Position numbers and translations under genes: made by a program. Below the pieces are notes generated by a model. It saw only the letters and a program-made list of their open reading frames with translations. It ran no database searches and was not told where the DNA came from. A stretch of DNA of 63,987 nt, counting the filler, from Reticulomyxa filosa (Eukaryota; Protista; Foraminifera), in NCBI GenBank assembly GCA_000512085.1. It is 18 parts of 18 records of this genome, joined end to end, with 100 filler letters (N's around TTAATTAATTAA, not from the genome) between each part and the next. Parts side by side here need not be neighbours in the genome. Positions count along the whole stretch, not along the records: positions 60,791 to 63,987 come from ASPP01021858.1; 17 more parts are not named here. The stretch is one strand, 5' to 3'. Shown one piece after another: positions 62,092 through 63,987 of the stretch. Position 1 is the first letter of the stretch. Every line of letters begins with the position of its first letter.

Positions 62092-63987
62092 TTAAGGATA
62101 ATCCCAATCAGTATCTTTCCAAGGATCAAGGTGGACTTTCTTCCATCCTTGATGAGCATTGAAGTCATACACTTTCTTGGTGTTACCAAAAAATTCAGCA
62201 TCAAAATTGCTGTAGTCATTATAGTTCTTTTTTTTTTGTTAAACGTGTTCATGTACAGTTAAAAACAAGTAATCAAAGCAAGCAAACAAAAAAAACTGAA
62301 CTATGGCTTGAGCAATCCTTAGTGGCGAGGAAAGTTCTTTCTTTAGCAAGACAAGCCAATCAGTGTGAGAAAACCATGGATGAGAGGCAACATCACAAAA
62401 GCCATTTTTGAAGCCCAGTCTTTTTTTATAGTCTTTTGTTAAAAGCAAATTAATTAAGTCTTTGAACTCACTGCTTACGGAAAGAGGAAAGCGAACCGGG
62501 TCTGTTTGAATCGCAAGATATAGAGTGTCTTCAGATTCGTCACCGGTTTCATCAGGAAAAAAAGGTGGAGTCCCTGTGATCAACTCATAAAGCATGCAGC
62601 CGAATCCCCACCAATCGGACGCCAAGCCATGTCCACGCATGTTTATAAGTTCTGGAGAAGCTACAAAATATGTCATTGACCATTATCATTTGCGTACAAA
62701 AGGAAAAAAAAAAAAAAAAAAAAGAAGTGACTCCAAGAAAAAAAAAATGATCAACAAACCATAGTGTCGTCCGCCAATGCAAAAAGTATGAGTGAGTGAA
62801 GTTGAAGTTGGCAATACTTTGGCAAGACCAAAATCAGCAATACTAACGTATCCTTTTTTATCGATTAAGATATCTTCCAATTTGCAAGAGCGCCACAAGC
62901 AATTGTGATGATGTAAATTAGCAATTCCCATTGCCACCTGCGCACCAATGAATCTATTAAAAAGGATTTTATTCATTTATGTCTTTTCTTTTTTTTTTTT
63001 TTTTTTAAAAAAAAATAACTTTGCGATGTTTTCACTTAGTCTGTTCTGTGAACTCAAATAATGAAATAAATCTCCACCGCTGTAATAATCCATTACAAAA
63101 TACAAATTGTATTCGTCCTGAAATGCTATTGTGCAAACGTTTGGATTATATTATTACGTATTGCACGTAATGTGAGGGGGTATACATTCTCTAGAAATTT
63201 CGGAGAGACAATTGAAACAAAGTACAAAACATTCGCGCAGGACAGTGATAAAAGGGTTTGGCGCTATGGAGTTGTTCAAGAAATGTTGCAGATTTTCCCA
63301 ATAGACGGGATTTGCAATTGGACAAGGATTTGTACTTTGAACTTGTCTTTGGTGATCGGTATTGTGTTGGGCATGCAACAATTGAAAGTGACGCGACAGG
63401 AATTCCAACGGACGATCACACCTTATTCGCTTCAACATCACATTTTCGGCAATGCTGTGTTCCACTTGTTTTTCCTCTATCATTCTGCATTTCGAATATA
63501 CCTTCACCACATAGATACCTTTGTCAATTTTTTTTCGCACTTGGAAAATCGGTGCAAATTTCCCTTCGCCGATCAAAGCAATCAAGTCATAGTCGTCCAA
63601 GCATGGCTATACGTGACACGTTATTCACACCCTTGGCATGCAATCGTATGGCAAATACATTTTTATTGAAACAAGAAAAAAAAAAAAAACAAACACACAC
63701 ACACACACACATACAAACAAACTTGGCGAGTGCAATAACTCAAAATGAGTGCACAAGAGGGGACGGGAAATGTTGGACATGCGAAATTTGAAGCCAACAA
63801 GATAATATCACTTTGCACTGTTGTGTAGGGTTTGCACTTGGTTTGTTGGCCGATGTAACATGTTCACTTATGGCGAAATAATTCCATCGCTGTTCGCGTT
63901 CCAATGATGTCTTTTTTCCCCCCCCCCCCAAAAGATCAGTAACCCCACGCAATAAAATTAGATCGTTACAGAAAGGAAAAAAAAAAA
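62092..63987 (-). CDS. AGC-family kinase-like protein, predicted pseudokinase (5' end uncertain)
   Basis: IGEGKFA, YVVK, FQDEYNLYFVMDYYSGGDLF, catalytic loop WRSCKLED, DFG, THTFC..YASPE, DWWGFGCMLYELITGTPPF, and AGC tail DYSNFDAEF..WDYP*. Confidence 0.88.

Noticed and set aside
8489-63987. GPCR, p101-like, G-alpha, TRP and AGC kinase as a signalling gene cluster
   Set aside because: They lie on different, arbitrarily concatenated contigs. Only G-alpha and TRP share one, separated by housekeeping genes.

Overview
This window is not a contiguous locus. It is 18 short contigs joined by 17 artificial 100-bp spacers (44 N + TTAATTAATTAA + 44 N), so adjacency across spacers means nothing. Seventeen contigs come from an AT-rich, intron-rich protist. 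I infer a foraminiferan/rhizarian such as Reticulomyxa filosa from gene style, pseudogene load and a 'DCxxxSFGCNHxC' zinc-finger relic, but this is not verified. One GC-rich contig (20705-21828) is bacterial, Neisseriales-like, and carries dapD and the 5' end of mlaF. Two 454 paired-end linker remnants and many single-base homopolymer frameshifts point to pyrosequencing errors. Recognisable eukaryotic genes: hexokinase (partial), an SLC25A39/40-like mitochondrial carrier, GH47 alpha-1,2-mannosidase (partial), G-protein alpha subunit, COG4, NAXD, a TRPC/TRPM-like channel, an AGC pseudokinase, a tandem-SPRY protein, a C2-domain gene and a GPCR-like 7TM fragment. There is also a Tc1/mariner relic and a two-copy degenerate repeat. 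The most interesting leads are a RelA/SpoT-like nucleotidyltransferase fused to ankyrin-like repeats, a PI3K-gamma adaptor (p101/p87)/PACS-like domain, unusual splice signals (GTT donors, poly-A acceptors) and a TRP channel with extra C-terminal modules. All gene models and family calls were made by eye.
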